A stretch of 64,000 bases of DNA from Candidatus Heimdallarchaeota archaeon (GTDB lineage Archaea; Asgardarchaeota; Heimdallarchaeia; JABLTI01): the NCBI GenBank assembly GCA_019056785.1, contig DXJV01000001.1:10600-74599 (forward strand). Reading direction: 5' to 3'. Position numbers and translations under genes: made by a program. The notes under the pieces are model-generated. The model was not told the origin of the DNA. It saw nothing but the letters and a program-made list of their open reading frames with translations, and did no database searches. This document shows, piece after piece, positions 38,101-46,527 of this stretch (within the stretch, counting starts at the first letter, position 1; the number at the start of each line of letters is the position of its first letter).

Positions 38101-38210
38101 CCATTGCTCACCAAGAACATCTCCTCGAGTGGATAAAAGTCAAAGGCACCTGTCCGGTCTGCCAGCAAAAATTGAAGCTTGATGAGTTTTCTCCAATAAC
38201 TCAAATATAG
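35190..38210 (+). CDS. Single-pass receptor-like protein: extracellular beta-rich region, TM, TPR-like helices, Zn ribbon, RING finger
   Basis: FIADLNYDSERELVL FG-GAP/VCBS-like loop; TM LTAITVTLLLITTIGYLAFVFAI; CFNC..CPQC; CSVC..CPHC..H..H..W..CPVC; GGAGG SD. Confidence 0.82.
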   Translation: MLRRKLQRYVIITSTILVILLVATITTYAFQKDQKLTNPQLVEDYSYTLIDNTSFNFSTIEFESINYNSSMTVVDVLSIDDSLTSPPNLIMVYGSKENTTGYQHGFIELYAVSQVGYQAALQKVAGFLDASLDNETVFQKGCYFINNINDLFFYMLKQKGPDYFIDILAYQNQHLELNASIPINSLLLEETWDFAVMDKEPDKLVNLFLVGQNQTTHKISLVEFQLNVTTTNMNYIQSFSWDFQGKTFVDLQTTLEADAAYFYLCSVGTSPALYTSMTVFSVQKTLESSLTLVSNNSYTYGGNSFRAYSTKFLSRANTGHKQLALFGTLIIDGVDSYPYCLILSYTNGVPTAAEGIQLEQTPSWCLTGFIADLNYDSERELVLFTYDFVYHQRSEFTLLSNTTKQELTSGLYSFSQVKSSALLTIEGLSISAILAKDSSQNDVLVFHKLGFTPFKLRANSELLQINALNSLLLESYGINGTPITVSNAITNFAVHGVVNLDTTITIMPSIITLEIPSVAHSSDLLQFSIDIFQNSFVIYSKTFYVSLGYVPKITVIAPGSPIAIRLNESKTEIFEFLVNNQLPVTLIGEISIISSQRTKTTQINCLPAEETEIGINFNFAKPVGTKQAVENLSILIKTQIGTFRFQYAVVVSTGLTIGYMDLTAITVTLLLITTIGYLAFVFAISRETEESLEAYYLLKEPKKLEFKRFEKQAQRHLLQKCLQNKNWQVGLELAKARYPEYVAKFLKFKADEQLLMAQKLLQNGEFIKGLSHLESAREALEMIRSKPIVELLDGFIIPLKKLLDAIEHMKGLEKVAMLKDAFQKLLRLRKKKEEEKKGEEEAFSLKEFPFYLIAKELAVAFKENGDLENALNFLQIAYQDAPNGKKNDIVLEITDLIRLGLKPKELTIPDDFEVIKERLKNKKIMCFNCGFKYFDSEPTCPQCGTGTVKCSVCKLPISFGSLTLECPHCHTIAHQEHLLEWIKVKGTCPVCQQKLKLDEFSPITQI

Positions 38211-38233
38211 AGACTTTCCAAAGGGGGACCATT

Positions 38234-38277
38234 GACTATCCCTCACAAATGCGTGGGGGATAGTCGCTATTTTTTTA
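38234..38277 (+). terminator. GC-rich hairpin with T-run between convergent genes
   Basis: GACTATCCC-TCAC-aaatgc-GTGG-GGGATAGTC followed by a T tract. Confidence 0.6.
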
Positions 38278-38293
38278 TTTGAAACAATGGCGA

Positions 38294-38845
38294 TTAATTG
38301 ATTCGTTGAAGTAACAGGTCGCTGTAAGAATAGCTTTGGATTTCTTCTTTCTTAATGGCAAATTTTTCTATGAATGTTTGCACCTTTTCTTTAAGCTCAG
38401 CAAACTCATGGGGCGTTTCTGTCATAGCTTCAATTTCAATGAATGTCCCTAACCCCTCCACATTGTCCAGATTAAATTTAATATTTTGGATCCAGACAAC
38501 TTCTCGAATTTTTTTTACTTCCACTAAGACTTCAAAAGCTGCTCGTAATACTTTCTCAAGTTTCGCTGGTGTGGCAGTGGGATAGAGTTCAAAATGACTT
38601 GGCCTAATCTCCTGGAGATCCTCTCGTTTGTAATATATCAAATAACTTTGTTTTGCTCCCTTGCGTAACTTTAACCGCCCTTTCGTTATTTTAAAATAAA
38701 TATCCGTTTGCTCTTCTTGCCCTAGAAAAATTCCTCCTTCCTTTTCAAGAATAGCTTTTATCATAGAGAGGTCTTGGCATTTTGCTTTTATTTCAACAGT
38801 AAACATCTCTTCATCCTCAATCAATAAATACCTTCTCACTAACAA
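38294..38845 (-). CDS. cyaB: CYTH / class IV adenylate cyclase family protein
   Basis: VEIKA, QTDIYF, RLKLR, V.K.R, LD.VEGLG.FIEIE, SYSDL. Start is likely MFTVEIK. Confidence 0.88.
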   Translation of the reverse strand: MLVRRYLLIEDEEMFTVEIKAKCQDLSMIKAILEKEGGIFLGQEEQTDIYFKITKGRLKLRKGAKQSYLIYYKREDLQEIRPSHFELYPTATPAKLEKVLRAAFEVLVEVKKIREVVWIQNIKFNLDNVEGLGTFIEIEAMTETPHEFAELKEKVQTFIEKFAIKKEEIQSYSYSDLLLQRIN

Positions 38846-38911
38846 CTTCTTTAATTAAGAATGTACTGATTTGCTAAAGATTTTTATTAACAAATTTATT
38901 CTTATTTATCT

Positions 38912-40264
38912 ATGTTTTATTCCAGAGTTTTTTACCGTGGCCTTGTCGTTGCTCTTCTCTTTTTTCTCAGTTGTAATCCATTTAAAACTCAAGCGATCTC
39001 ACCAATAAGGGAAGTGACTGGCATTTTCAATCACCATGAAAATTTTCATCTCAATTTCGATGAAGGTTATGTGTGGTTTTGGGACGAATTTGCAAGTGCC
39101 GGAGGGGACGGGCCCGGGAATGACGTGGAGAATTGGGGCGGAAATTTGGGAGCATTTCATAATGCCTCTGAGATTTGGGCAAAACTTCATTCCTTAGAAC
39201 ACCATTTTCCATCTATTATACAATTGGCAGATCTTGGCTTTAGTTACAATGGAAGACTTATACTACTTGTGATTATCACCGATGAAAGCGTTCAATCTTT
39301 CAAGAAAGAGGTTTTAATTGTAGCACATCACCATGGCCGTGAAGTAATTACTATTGAAAACTGTCTTTATTACATAGACAAATTGGTTTATGAGTTTCAG
39401 AATAAAAATAGCACCATTCAGGAGTTGTTAGCTAAGAGAATAATCTATGTGATCCCTACTTTAAATCCAGATTCATTGGATATTGTTTATCGCTGGCCAT
39501 ATGTTAGGAAAAATCTGCATCCTATTGATGAGGATGGTGATGGGATACGAGATGAAGAAGAAATCCTTTATAACTACGACTCGAGGGATAATGATACAAC
39601 AATAGGCGAAGATTTCCCGGGTGGAGTGGATTTGAATCGAAATTACCCCTTCCAATGGAATAACACCTCGGACAATAGTGCAGATCCGCATAGCTTTGTT
39701 TATCGAGGTGCAAGCCCGTTTTCAGAGCCAGAGACAAGGGCTTTCGCAGAATTTGTAAGAAAGCATGACTTCCAATCAGCAACATCACTACATTCAGGGG
39801 TAGAATTAATACTCACACCATGGGCATATGACCCTCAAATAGACTGTCCTGATGAAGAAGTCTATATCAACCTGGCAGTAGAACTAACACGAGTGACAGG
39901 CATCCCACATACAGACTTGTACCCAGCAATAGGAGAATGGGGAGATTGGATGTACGGAGCAAGGGGAATTGTTTCAGTTACAATAGAAACCTATAGACGA
40001 GAAAACGCAGCCTATGTTTGGGACTATTTCAACCCTCCGCCAAATAAAGTGCTTGCGGTGTCTGAAAGAGTATACCCAGGACTCTTGCTAATGACAAGCT
40101 ACACACGACAGGAACTGCAAATTGATCCATTGGAAAACATCACTAGAAGTAATACTTATTCTCCAACAGAGGAGACCAAACCGCCAAAAACAGCCCTTTT
40201 AGCCGGACTTTTGGGAAGCTGGATTGTTAGTATTGTCATCAGAAAAAAGGTGAAAAAATTATAG
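38912..40264 (+). CDS. Secreted M14 zinc carboxypeptidase with C-terminal anchor
   Basis: HHGRE, NPD, GVDLNRNY, FSEPET, LHS, TIET. Confidence 0.92.
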   Translation: MFYSRVFYRGLVVALLFFLSCNPFKTQAISPIREVTGIFNHHENFHLNFDEGYVWFWDEFASAGGDGPGNDVENWGGNLGAFHNASEIWAKLHSLEHHFPSIIQLADLGFSYNGRLILLVIITDESVQSFKKEVLIVAHHHGREVITIENCLYYIDKLVYEFQNKNSTIQELLAKRIIYVIPTLNPDSLDIVYRWPYVRKNLHPIDEDGDGIRDEEEILYNYDSRDNDTTIGEDFPGGVDLNRNYPFQWNNTSDNSADPHSFVYRGASPFSEPETRAFAEFVRKHDFQSATSLHSGVELILTPWAYDPQIDCPDEEVYINLAVELTRVTGIPHTDLYPAIGEWGDWMYGARGIVSVTIETYRRENAAYVWDYFNPPPNKVLAVSERVYPGLLLMTSYTRQELQIDPLENITRSNTYSPTEETKPPKTALLAGLLGSWIVSIVIRKKVKKL

Positions 40265-40289
40265 AAAAGGTAATTTTTTTCCATTCGAA

Positions 40290-40390
40290 ATTAAAAACGC
40301 GAGGCATTCTATTAAGAAGCCCCGCGTTGAAACAGGAGACAGTCAATATTCAAAATGGCGTGCTATATGGCATTAATGCACGCTAATTAA
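40290..40390 (-). ncRNA. Candidate ~100-nt two-hairpin small RNA
   Basis: Hairpins at 40358-40383 (GCGTGC/GCACGC) and 40296-40328 (AACGCG/CGCGTT); minus-strand TTTATATTT at about 40405-40414; ends in a T-run. Confidence 0.45.
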
Positions 40391-40548
40391 TTTTACTCTT
40401 CCATAAAATATAAACTTATTCTTACAACCGTTTTTTATTTATTTAAACAACTTTCTTACTTTTTTACCTCTTTTTTGCATTTTTTCTTGGTTCATCTGTT
40501 TTTTTTTAGTGAGAGGTATCCTCTTTTTTTTATTTTCGAGTCGGTGTT

Positions 40549-40770
40549 TTAGTGTAAAAGATCAGGTAGGTCGCCTACTTTTTTCAAAAGAAAATACGTT
40601 CCAAAAAATATTCCTACGCCAATTCCAATGGCTATCAAGACTCCCAGAATGCTGATGAATCTATCCACAAAGAAAAGTGCTATGAAGCCTATGAACACGA
40701 GTGTGATAACAATCGAAAAAGCGCTTTTTTTACTTTTAGCTGTCTTGTTTCCAAAAAACTTTAGCTTCAA
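40549..40770 (-). CDS. Small 2-TM membrane protein
   Basis: Two hydrophobic helices; GGAG upstream of the TTG start. Confidence 0.6.
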   Translation of the reverse strand: MKLKFFGNKTAKSKKSAFSIVITLVFIGFIALFFVDRFISILGVLIAIGIGVGIFFGTYFLLKKVGDLPDLLH

Positions 40771-40923
40771 ACAGAGGTTCTCCAGTTTTGTTTGCTACAA
40801 GTCAATAGCATTATTCTTTGATTAAAAGGATTTTCTCCAACAAAAACGTTTTCATTACAATATCTTTTTAATATTGTTCTCAAACATTTGTCTTAGAGTT
40901 CCTTATTTGAAAGAGGTATCCCA

Positions 40924-41967
40924 ATGAGCGACTTAAAAACGAATGCTTTAAAAGAATTGGTTTCAACCCCCAAGGATTTGAACAAACTAATTCTCTATGA
41001 AGCTAATCTCAAAAAGGCTTATTTATTATTACTTTTTGACTGTCGCACTTCTCTTCTTAATAGTTTGCAAGGCGGTGGGCTTTCCCCTCGAATTGATCGT
41101 CTTTTGCGCCAATTAAAAACCAGGCTTGATTCCTTAATTGACCGGGCCCGTTATGATGAATTGCGTTTTCGTCCAGGAACAGCCGCTTCCGTTCGAAAAA
41201 CAACTGCGAATAATTGTCTGCTCTATAATTTCATCATTTTCAGTCGTGCTTGGGATTTGAAAGATTATTTAAAGGAATTTGATTCACTTCTTCTTTTTAG
41301 TGAAGAGGCGCAAACTCTTGATAAAGCAAAATCCATTTTACGTATTATTACTGATATTGATGATTTGCTCTCCAATAAAGAGAACGTTAAAACCAACATT
41401 CAATCAACAGAAGAGGTGGCTAATTCCCTGTACGAACGTTTTAACCGTGAATTAGAACTAGCTGAAACTGCTGGTGCGCTTAAAGGAATTATTAAATTAG
41501 AGAAGCCCAAGTTATTAGGGAAATCGAAATATTTCAAGCAGTTGGGAAGTTTAATCTTGAAAGTGGCTTTTTCTTTTGGCATAGAACATGCAGAGGAGCC
41601 CATTTCTCTCATTGCCCTGACAACTCGCTTAAACGACACCTACCCTCGGGTTCGAGCTGAGCCAAAAGATATTTTTAAAGCAGTAGAAAGCCTTGCTGAG
41701 AATGGCTTTCTCTATTTAACGAAAGACGAACATGATGTCTATTGGATCTCCTTAAAACCATCTGAAAGCGAAGCAAATGTCATTCTTTCTTTAGCTGAGA
41801 AGAAAGGGTCCTTAACACTCGAGGAAGTAGTCCGGGAAACGAATTGGTCATTAAAGAAGGCTAAGAGCGAATTAGATAAATTTGTCACAGCTGGTTGCGC
41901 TATTAAGGATGATAACTACTCTTCTGGCCTTATTTATTACTTCCCAGCATTGCAAAACGAAGAGTGA
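40924..41967 (+). CDS. ESCRT-II Vps22/Vps36 (EAP30)-like tandem winged-helix protein with extra N-terminal helical domain
   Basis: C-terminal half YFKQLG..I..DI.KAV..L...G..VILSLAEKKG.LT.EEV....NWS...A...L......G....D......YYFP matches the SNF8/Vps22 pattern. Confidence 0.78.
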   Translation: MSDLKTNALKELVSTPKDLNKLILYEANLKKAYLLLLFDCRTSLLNSLQGGGLSPRIDRLLRQLKTRLDSLIDRARYDELRFRPGTAASVRKTTANNCLLYNFIIFSRAWDLKDYLKEFDSLLLFSEEAQTLDKAKSILRIITDIDDLLSNKENVKTNIQSTEEVANSLYERFNRELELAETAGALKGIIKLEKPKLLGKSKYFKQLGSLILKVAFSFGIEHAEEPISLIALTTRLNDTYPRVRAEPKDIFKAVESLAENGFLYLTKDEHDVYWISLKPSESEANVILSLAEKKGSLTLEEVVRETNWSLKKAKSELDKFVTAGCAIKDDNYSSGLIYYFPALQNEE

Positions 41968-41975
41968 TTATTGAG

Positions 41976-44510
41976 TTACTGATACTTCACCTCAAGTTCG
42001 AGCGGGAAATCAGGATTTGGAATCATAATCGTAAAGCCTTTTTTCTCCTCTAAGTTCTTCCATGATAATTGTTGATTCTCACTTATCTTTTTGACCAGTC
42101 TATCATTCACTTTAATTTCTTTGGGAATTTTCTCTGTAATAACAACAATCTGGAGTTCATTATTGGTTGTGGGAAGGCCTTCCAATTTCCCATCTTTGAA
42201 AATTTCGAGAGCAAGTTTTCGTGGCTCCGTAGCTCCACGAATCAGTAAGTGTGTGTAGTTGCCTTTCTCGAACGCTTTGGTTATACCATCATCAAGATAA
42301 ACTTCCCCCGAAATTTCAGATGCAGGATAAACGTATAAGCTGAGAGGATGTTCTGAAGTTTTTTCAACAAATGGGACGGCTGATCCCATTGGAAGCACTG
42401 CTCCTTTTCGAACAAATAGCGGCACAGTTTCAAGTGGAACTTCTCTTACAAGTATTTGTCCTCCTTGAAATTCTTCTGCGCTCCAGAAGTCTATCCATTG
42501 GGTGCCTTTTGGCAAGTATATTTCTCGTGTAGCCAACTTTCCATTGTTGCCACTGGCAGTTAAAATGGGTGCTATTAACAAGTTAGAACCCACGAAAAAT
42601 TGAGAATTATGCCATTTAGCATTCAATGTTTCTTTATCTTTGGGGAATTCCATGAACAAAGGGCGTATCATTGGTAGTCCTGTTGTAGAAGCTTTCCAAA
42701 GGAGCGTATAAAGATAGGGAAGCAGTTGATATCTTAACTCGAGGGTTTTTCTAATGATCGTTTCATACTTCTCACCAAAGACCCATGGCTCTTGAAAAGC
42801 AGTTCCTTTTGCTGAATGGTTTCGACAGAAGGGGTAGAAAATCCCTAATTGATACCAACGTGTGAGAAGTTCTGGCGTAGTATCAAAAGCAAATCCTCCA
42901 AGATCAGCGGCAACAAAGGGTTGTCCTGTTATGCCCATGTTCAAAATCATGGGAATGGATTGCCGAAGCGAACTCCAGCGGCTAGCATTATCGCCCGTCC
43001 ATGTAGCAGCATAACGTTGTATTCCACTATAAGCTGTTCGAGCAAAAATAAAGGTTCTTTGTTCACCTCGCAGTTTATCGAGCCCTTCGCGTGTTGCCTT
43101 TGCAAACATATTGCCATATGCATTATGGACCTTCCGATTTGGAATCTTTTTTCCGTTAATCGTGTGGAGCACATTGCTTGGGAAGGTTCTCCGCACAGAA
43201 AAGATGGATGGTTCTGCCATATCTAGCCAGAAACCTTCTACGCCAACATCTAAATAACTTTGATAGAGCGCTCCCCACCATTCCCGAACTTTTGGGTCGA
43301 AAAAGTCAGGGAAGATGCAATTACCCGGCCAAACCTCACCAATAAAAGGTTCACCAGAAGGCAATGAACAATAATATTTGTTTTCAAGGCATTCTTGGTA
43401 GATCTGCCAATCTGGGTCAACTTTCAAACCAGGGTCAGTCATTACAATCGTTTTAAAACCTGCATTTCGCAAGTCCTGTAGTAGTTTGGCCAGTTGAGGA
43501 AAACGCGTTGAATCCCAAGTAAAAACACGATAGCCATTCATATAATCAATATCAAGATGAATGCTGTCGCAAGGGATTCGCCGTTCTCTGAATTCTCTCG
43601 CTAATTCTCGAACCTTGTTTTCGGGGTAATAACTCCAACGACACTGGTGATAGCCTAATACCCAGCGTGGTGGGAAAGGCAAGAGGCCATTTAATTGCGC
43701 TATTTGTTTGGAGAGATCTTTTAAGGTTGGGCCGGTGAAAATATAATAACATAAAGGCTCGTTTTCGGTAAAATAAGAAACGGTTCCATCTTCCAATTTC
43801 GATAGTTGTATTATTGAAAAGCCTGGATTGTCATAAAAAATCGCATAAGCTTTCCCATTCTCTTTAATAGAAATTTGAAATGGCTCGTTTTGATAGAGCG
43901 GGTCTTCTTTTGTGTCATAGCCAGTAGGGTCGATGTTCCAAAAAAGCATCTTTTCCTTATTTTTCAACAGTTTGCCGGTCTTTTCACCGAAGCCTAAATG
44001 ATATTCGAAAGATGCACCAGTCTTAATAATTCGCCCCCAGGAACCTTTCTTGCTCCAAGAAATAGGTTGTTTATCTTTTGTGAGAATAGAGCCATCTACG
44101 CACTCAAAGCTGATAATTGAATCTCTTTCTTGTACTTTAATAACAATTTCTTCTCTTGTTGAAACATTTTTATCTTGCTTAATTTGCAGCAAGCCATATT
44201 GTTTGCTTAATTTCAACTGTAAACTGCTCTTTGGCTCCTCTGCAGCGAAAGAGATGTGCTCTTCCGGTAGTCTTTCTTTAGACGCCCGAACACGCCAAAT
44301 GGTGGAAGTAATGATTTTGATCTCTAAAAAGCCGCGCTCACATTCGATGAGTACTCTATCTCCAAGGCTTTTCGAAGAAACGATTCCGCCGATAGATGTC
44401 CATCGTAGGGGCTTTCTCTTATAATTCAGAATTGGAACCGTTATATTTAGAATTCCTCGAATAATCCTCGCATTAAGCTGACTCGCGAAAGTTGTTCGAT
44501 CTTTTGCCAT
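41976..44510 (-). CDS. GH31 alpha-glucosidase
   Basis: LGYHQCRWSY, LDIDYM, WLDMAEP (nucleophile), WTGDN (acid/base), D.GGF, F.RNH. Confidence 0.93.
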   Translation of the reverse strand: MAKDRTTFASQLNARIIRGILNITVPILNYKRKPLRWTSIGGIVSSKSLGDRVLIECERGFLEIKIITSTIWRVRASKERLPEEHISFAAEEPKSSLQLKLSKQYGLLQIKQDKNVSTREEIVIKVQERDSIISFECVDGSILTKDKQPISWSKKGSWGRIIKTGASFEYHLGFGEKTGKLLKNKEKMLFWNIDPTGYDTKEDPLYQNEPFQISIKENGKAYAIFYDNPGFSIIQLSKLEDGTVSYFTENEPLCYYIFTGPTLKDLSKQIAQLNGLLPFPPRWVLGYHQCRWSYYPENKVRELAREFRERRIPCDSIHLDIDYMNGYRVFTWDSTRFPQLAKLLQDLRNAGFKTIVMTDPGLKVDPDWQIYQECLENKYYCSLPSGEPFIGEVWPGNCIFPDFFDPKVREWWGALYQSYLDVGVEGFWLDMAEPSIFSVRRTFPSNVLHTINGKKIPNRKVHNAYGNMFAKATREGLDKLRGEQRTFIFARTAYSGIQRYAATWTGDNASRWSSLRQSIPMILNMGITGQPFVAADLGGFAFDTTPELLTRWYQLGIFYPFCRNHSAKGTAFQEPWVFGEKYETIIRKTLELRYQLLPYLYTLLWKASTTGLPMIRPLFMEFPKDKETLNAKWHNSQFFVGSNLLIAPILTASGNNGKLATREIYLPKGTQWIDFWSAEEFQGGQILVREVPLETVPLFVRKGAVLPMGSAVPFVEKTSEHPLSLYVYPASEISGEVYLDDGITKAFEKGNYTHLLIRGATEPRKLALEIFKDGKLEGLPTTNNELQIVVITEKIPKEIKVNDRLVKKISENQQLSWKNLEEKKGFTIMIPNPDFPLELEVKYQ

Positions 44511-44604
44511 GTGAATCCTAATTGTGCCTATGTTTTAAATTTATTTTTACAAAGGAAAAATTTTTCTTCCCTTCCTCTTTCTTCTTAGAAACCTTTTTTT
44601 TCAC

Positions 44605-45477
44605 TTGGTAGCAATATTACAAATATTTAGAAAGACTCGAGTGGAAAAGATGGAAGAAAAAGATTACTATTTGCGGGAATTGTCATTAAACGATTGGGAA
44701 AAATTCCATGAGATGGATAAATTAATTTTTCAGGAGGATTTTCTTCGTGAGGAAGGTTTCCGGCGAAGTTTAATGGGGTTAAAAAGTCTAATAGTGGTTG
44801 CAGTTGAAAAGGAGACCAAAAATTTTATTGGTTATTACAGAATCGCCATTTACGGAAGAGAGGGACACATTCAGACAATTGGGGTTCATCCTGATTATCG
44901 TCGGAAAGGCGTGGGCTCACACTTACTCGAGAGAAGTATTTATCAATTAGAAAAAAGTGGTTGCATAAATTATTTCCTTTATGTCCAGACAAATAATACA
45001 CCTGCAATTAATCTCTATAAGAAATATGGTTTTCAGGAGGAAACAAAAAGTTGGCAATTTGTTGTTCCTTTTGATCGGTTACCAAATAAACCTCGCGGAA
45101 AATGCCGCCATGTTGAATGGGGTGAAATTCAACTCCTCTCTTTGCGCTTTAATGTTAATCCCCTACAAATCCAACAGTATTTTGGAAAAAAAGAACAATA
45201 TGTTCTTGTATATGAAATGTTGGGGCAACAGCTGGGGTTCGCAAGATTCAATCCTGCTTTTCCTGGAGCTTTTCCTTTCATCTTAAAGGACTCCAATTAC
45301 TTCTTAGATATGGTTGCTATTCTTAAAAGTTATATCAGTCAAAAGAATTTCACAGAAATGAAAATAACTTTTGAGAATCAAGGTAGATTGGTAAATTATC
45401 TAAAAGAACAGAAAATTCCGCTAAATTACTCTCTCCTTAAAATGCGAAAAGAGAAAGATGATAATTCAACAAAATAG
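44605..45477 (+). CDS. GNAT acetyltransferase (RimI-like) with second domain
   Basis: IGVHPDYRRKGVG and N.PAINLYKKYGF. Start is probably the later ATG (MEEKD). Confidence 0.85.
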   Translation: MVAILQIFRKTRVEKMEEKDYYLRELSLNDWEKFHEMDKLIFQEDFLREEGFRRSLMGLKSLIVVAVEKETKNFIGYYRIAIYGREGHIQTIGVHPDYRRKGVGSHLLERSIYQLEKSGCINYFLYVQTNNTPAINLYKKYGFQEETKSWQFVVPFDRLPNKPRGKCRHVEWGEIQLLSLRFNVNPLQIQQYFGKKEQYVLVYEMLGQQLGFARFNPAFPGAFPFILKDSNYFLDMVAILKSYISQKNFTEMKITFENQGRLVNYLKEQKIPLNYSLLKMRKEKDDNSTK

Positions 45478-45579
45478 TGACAACATCGATTTTACTAATG
45501 AATTCTATTTTCAAATGTAAAGGGCCGTTTAAAACTATAAAAGGCCATTCGAAGTAAATAGTAAGTATAAACTGTACCG

Positions 45580-46119
45580 GTGGCTCCTCTTACAATGAAC
45601 ATTCTAATAACCGGTTATCCCCGGACAGGGAAAACAACCCTAATTAAAAAACTTCTCGAGAAACTAGAAGTAACACGCGCGGGTTTTTATACCGAGGAGC
45701 TGTGTAAAAATAACAGACAACGAGTTGGTTTTCAAATTAAAACAATTAAAACAAAACAAACAGGACTATTGGCACATGTAGCCATAAAGTCAAATTGGCA
45801 GGTGGGAAGATATTATGTTCAATTGCCAGAGTTTGAGCGATTGGTTATCCCAGAACTCCAAATTGCTGCAGATGTTATTGTTATAGATGAAATCGGCAAG
45901 ATGGAATTGTTCTCAGAGCCTTTCAGAGAACAGTTGCTTAAAAATTTGGCAAAAGGAAATGTCTTAGCAACAATAACCAAGAAAGGTGGCGGAAAGTTCG
46001 TCCAACAAATAAAAGAACGATCAGATGTTCAATTATTGGAGATCACAATCAAAAATAGAGATGCACTCCTCCCTCTCATCTTAAAGATGTTGTACAAAGG
46101 ACGGAAAAATAATGATTGA
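45580..46119 (+). CDS. THEP1-family nucleoside triphosphatase
   Basis: ITGYPRTGKTT, GFYTEE, VIDEIGKMEL. Confidence 0.92.
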   Translation: MAPLTMNILITGYPRTGKTTLIKKLLEKLEVTRAGFYTEELCKNNRQRVGFQIKTIKTKQTGLLAHVAIKSNWQVGRYYVQLPEFERLVIPELQIAADVIVIDEIGKMELFSEPFREQLLKNLAKGNVLATITKKGGGKFVQQIKERSDVQLLEITIKNRDALLPLILKMLYKGRKNND

Positions 46120-46468
46120 GAAAAAGAACACCAATGAACTTTTAGGAGAGTTAAAAGAAAGTCAAGATGGTACACTTGTTGTGGAACTGGCACAAAATGC
46201 TTCCTATTCAATTGCTTATGGAACACTTGAACCAAAACAAGGAAATAAACGACATCGCTTGAGCTCTTCAGAAACCTATTTCTTCCTCGAGGGTGAAGGT
46301 ATTTTAATATTTGACGATCAAAAAATTCCAGTTCAGAAAAACATGCTTGTTACTGTCCCTGAAAATTGCAGCCAAAAATTAGTCAATACTTCTGAAAAAA
46401 AGTTGACCTTTTTAATGATCGTTTCACCGCCTTATAATGTCAGCCAAGAATGGATCGAAGAAGATTAG
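46112..46468 (+). CDS. Cupin domain protein
   Basis: H....ETYFFLEGEG..VP....KLVN..SPP. Confidence 0.85.
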   Translation: MIEKKNTNELLGELKESQDGTLVVELAQNASYSIAYGTLEPKQGNKRHRLSSSETYFFLEGEGILIFDDQKIPVQKNMLVTVPENCSQKLVNTSEKKLTFLMIVSPPYNVSQEWIEED

Positions 46469-46527
46469 CAAGTATTGAAAAATTATTTATATTATACCGA
46501 AGCGAGCTCTCTTATCTAAACACTTGA

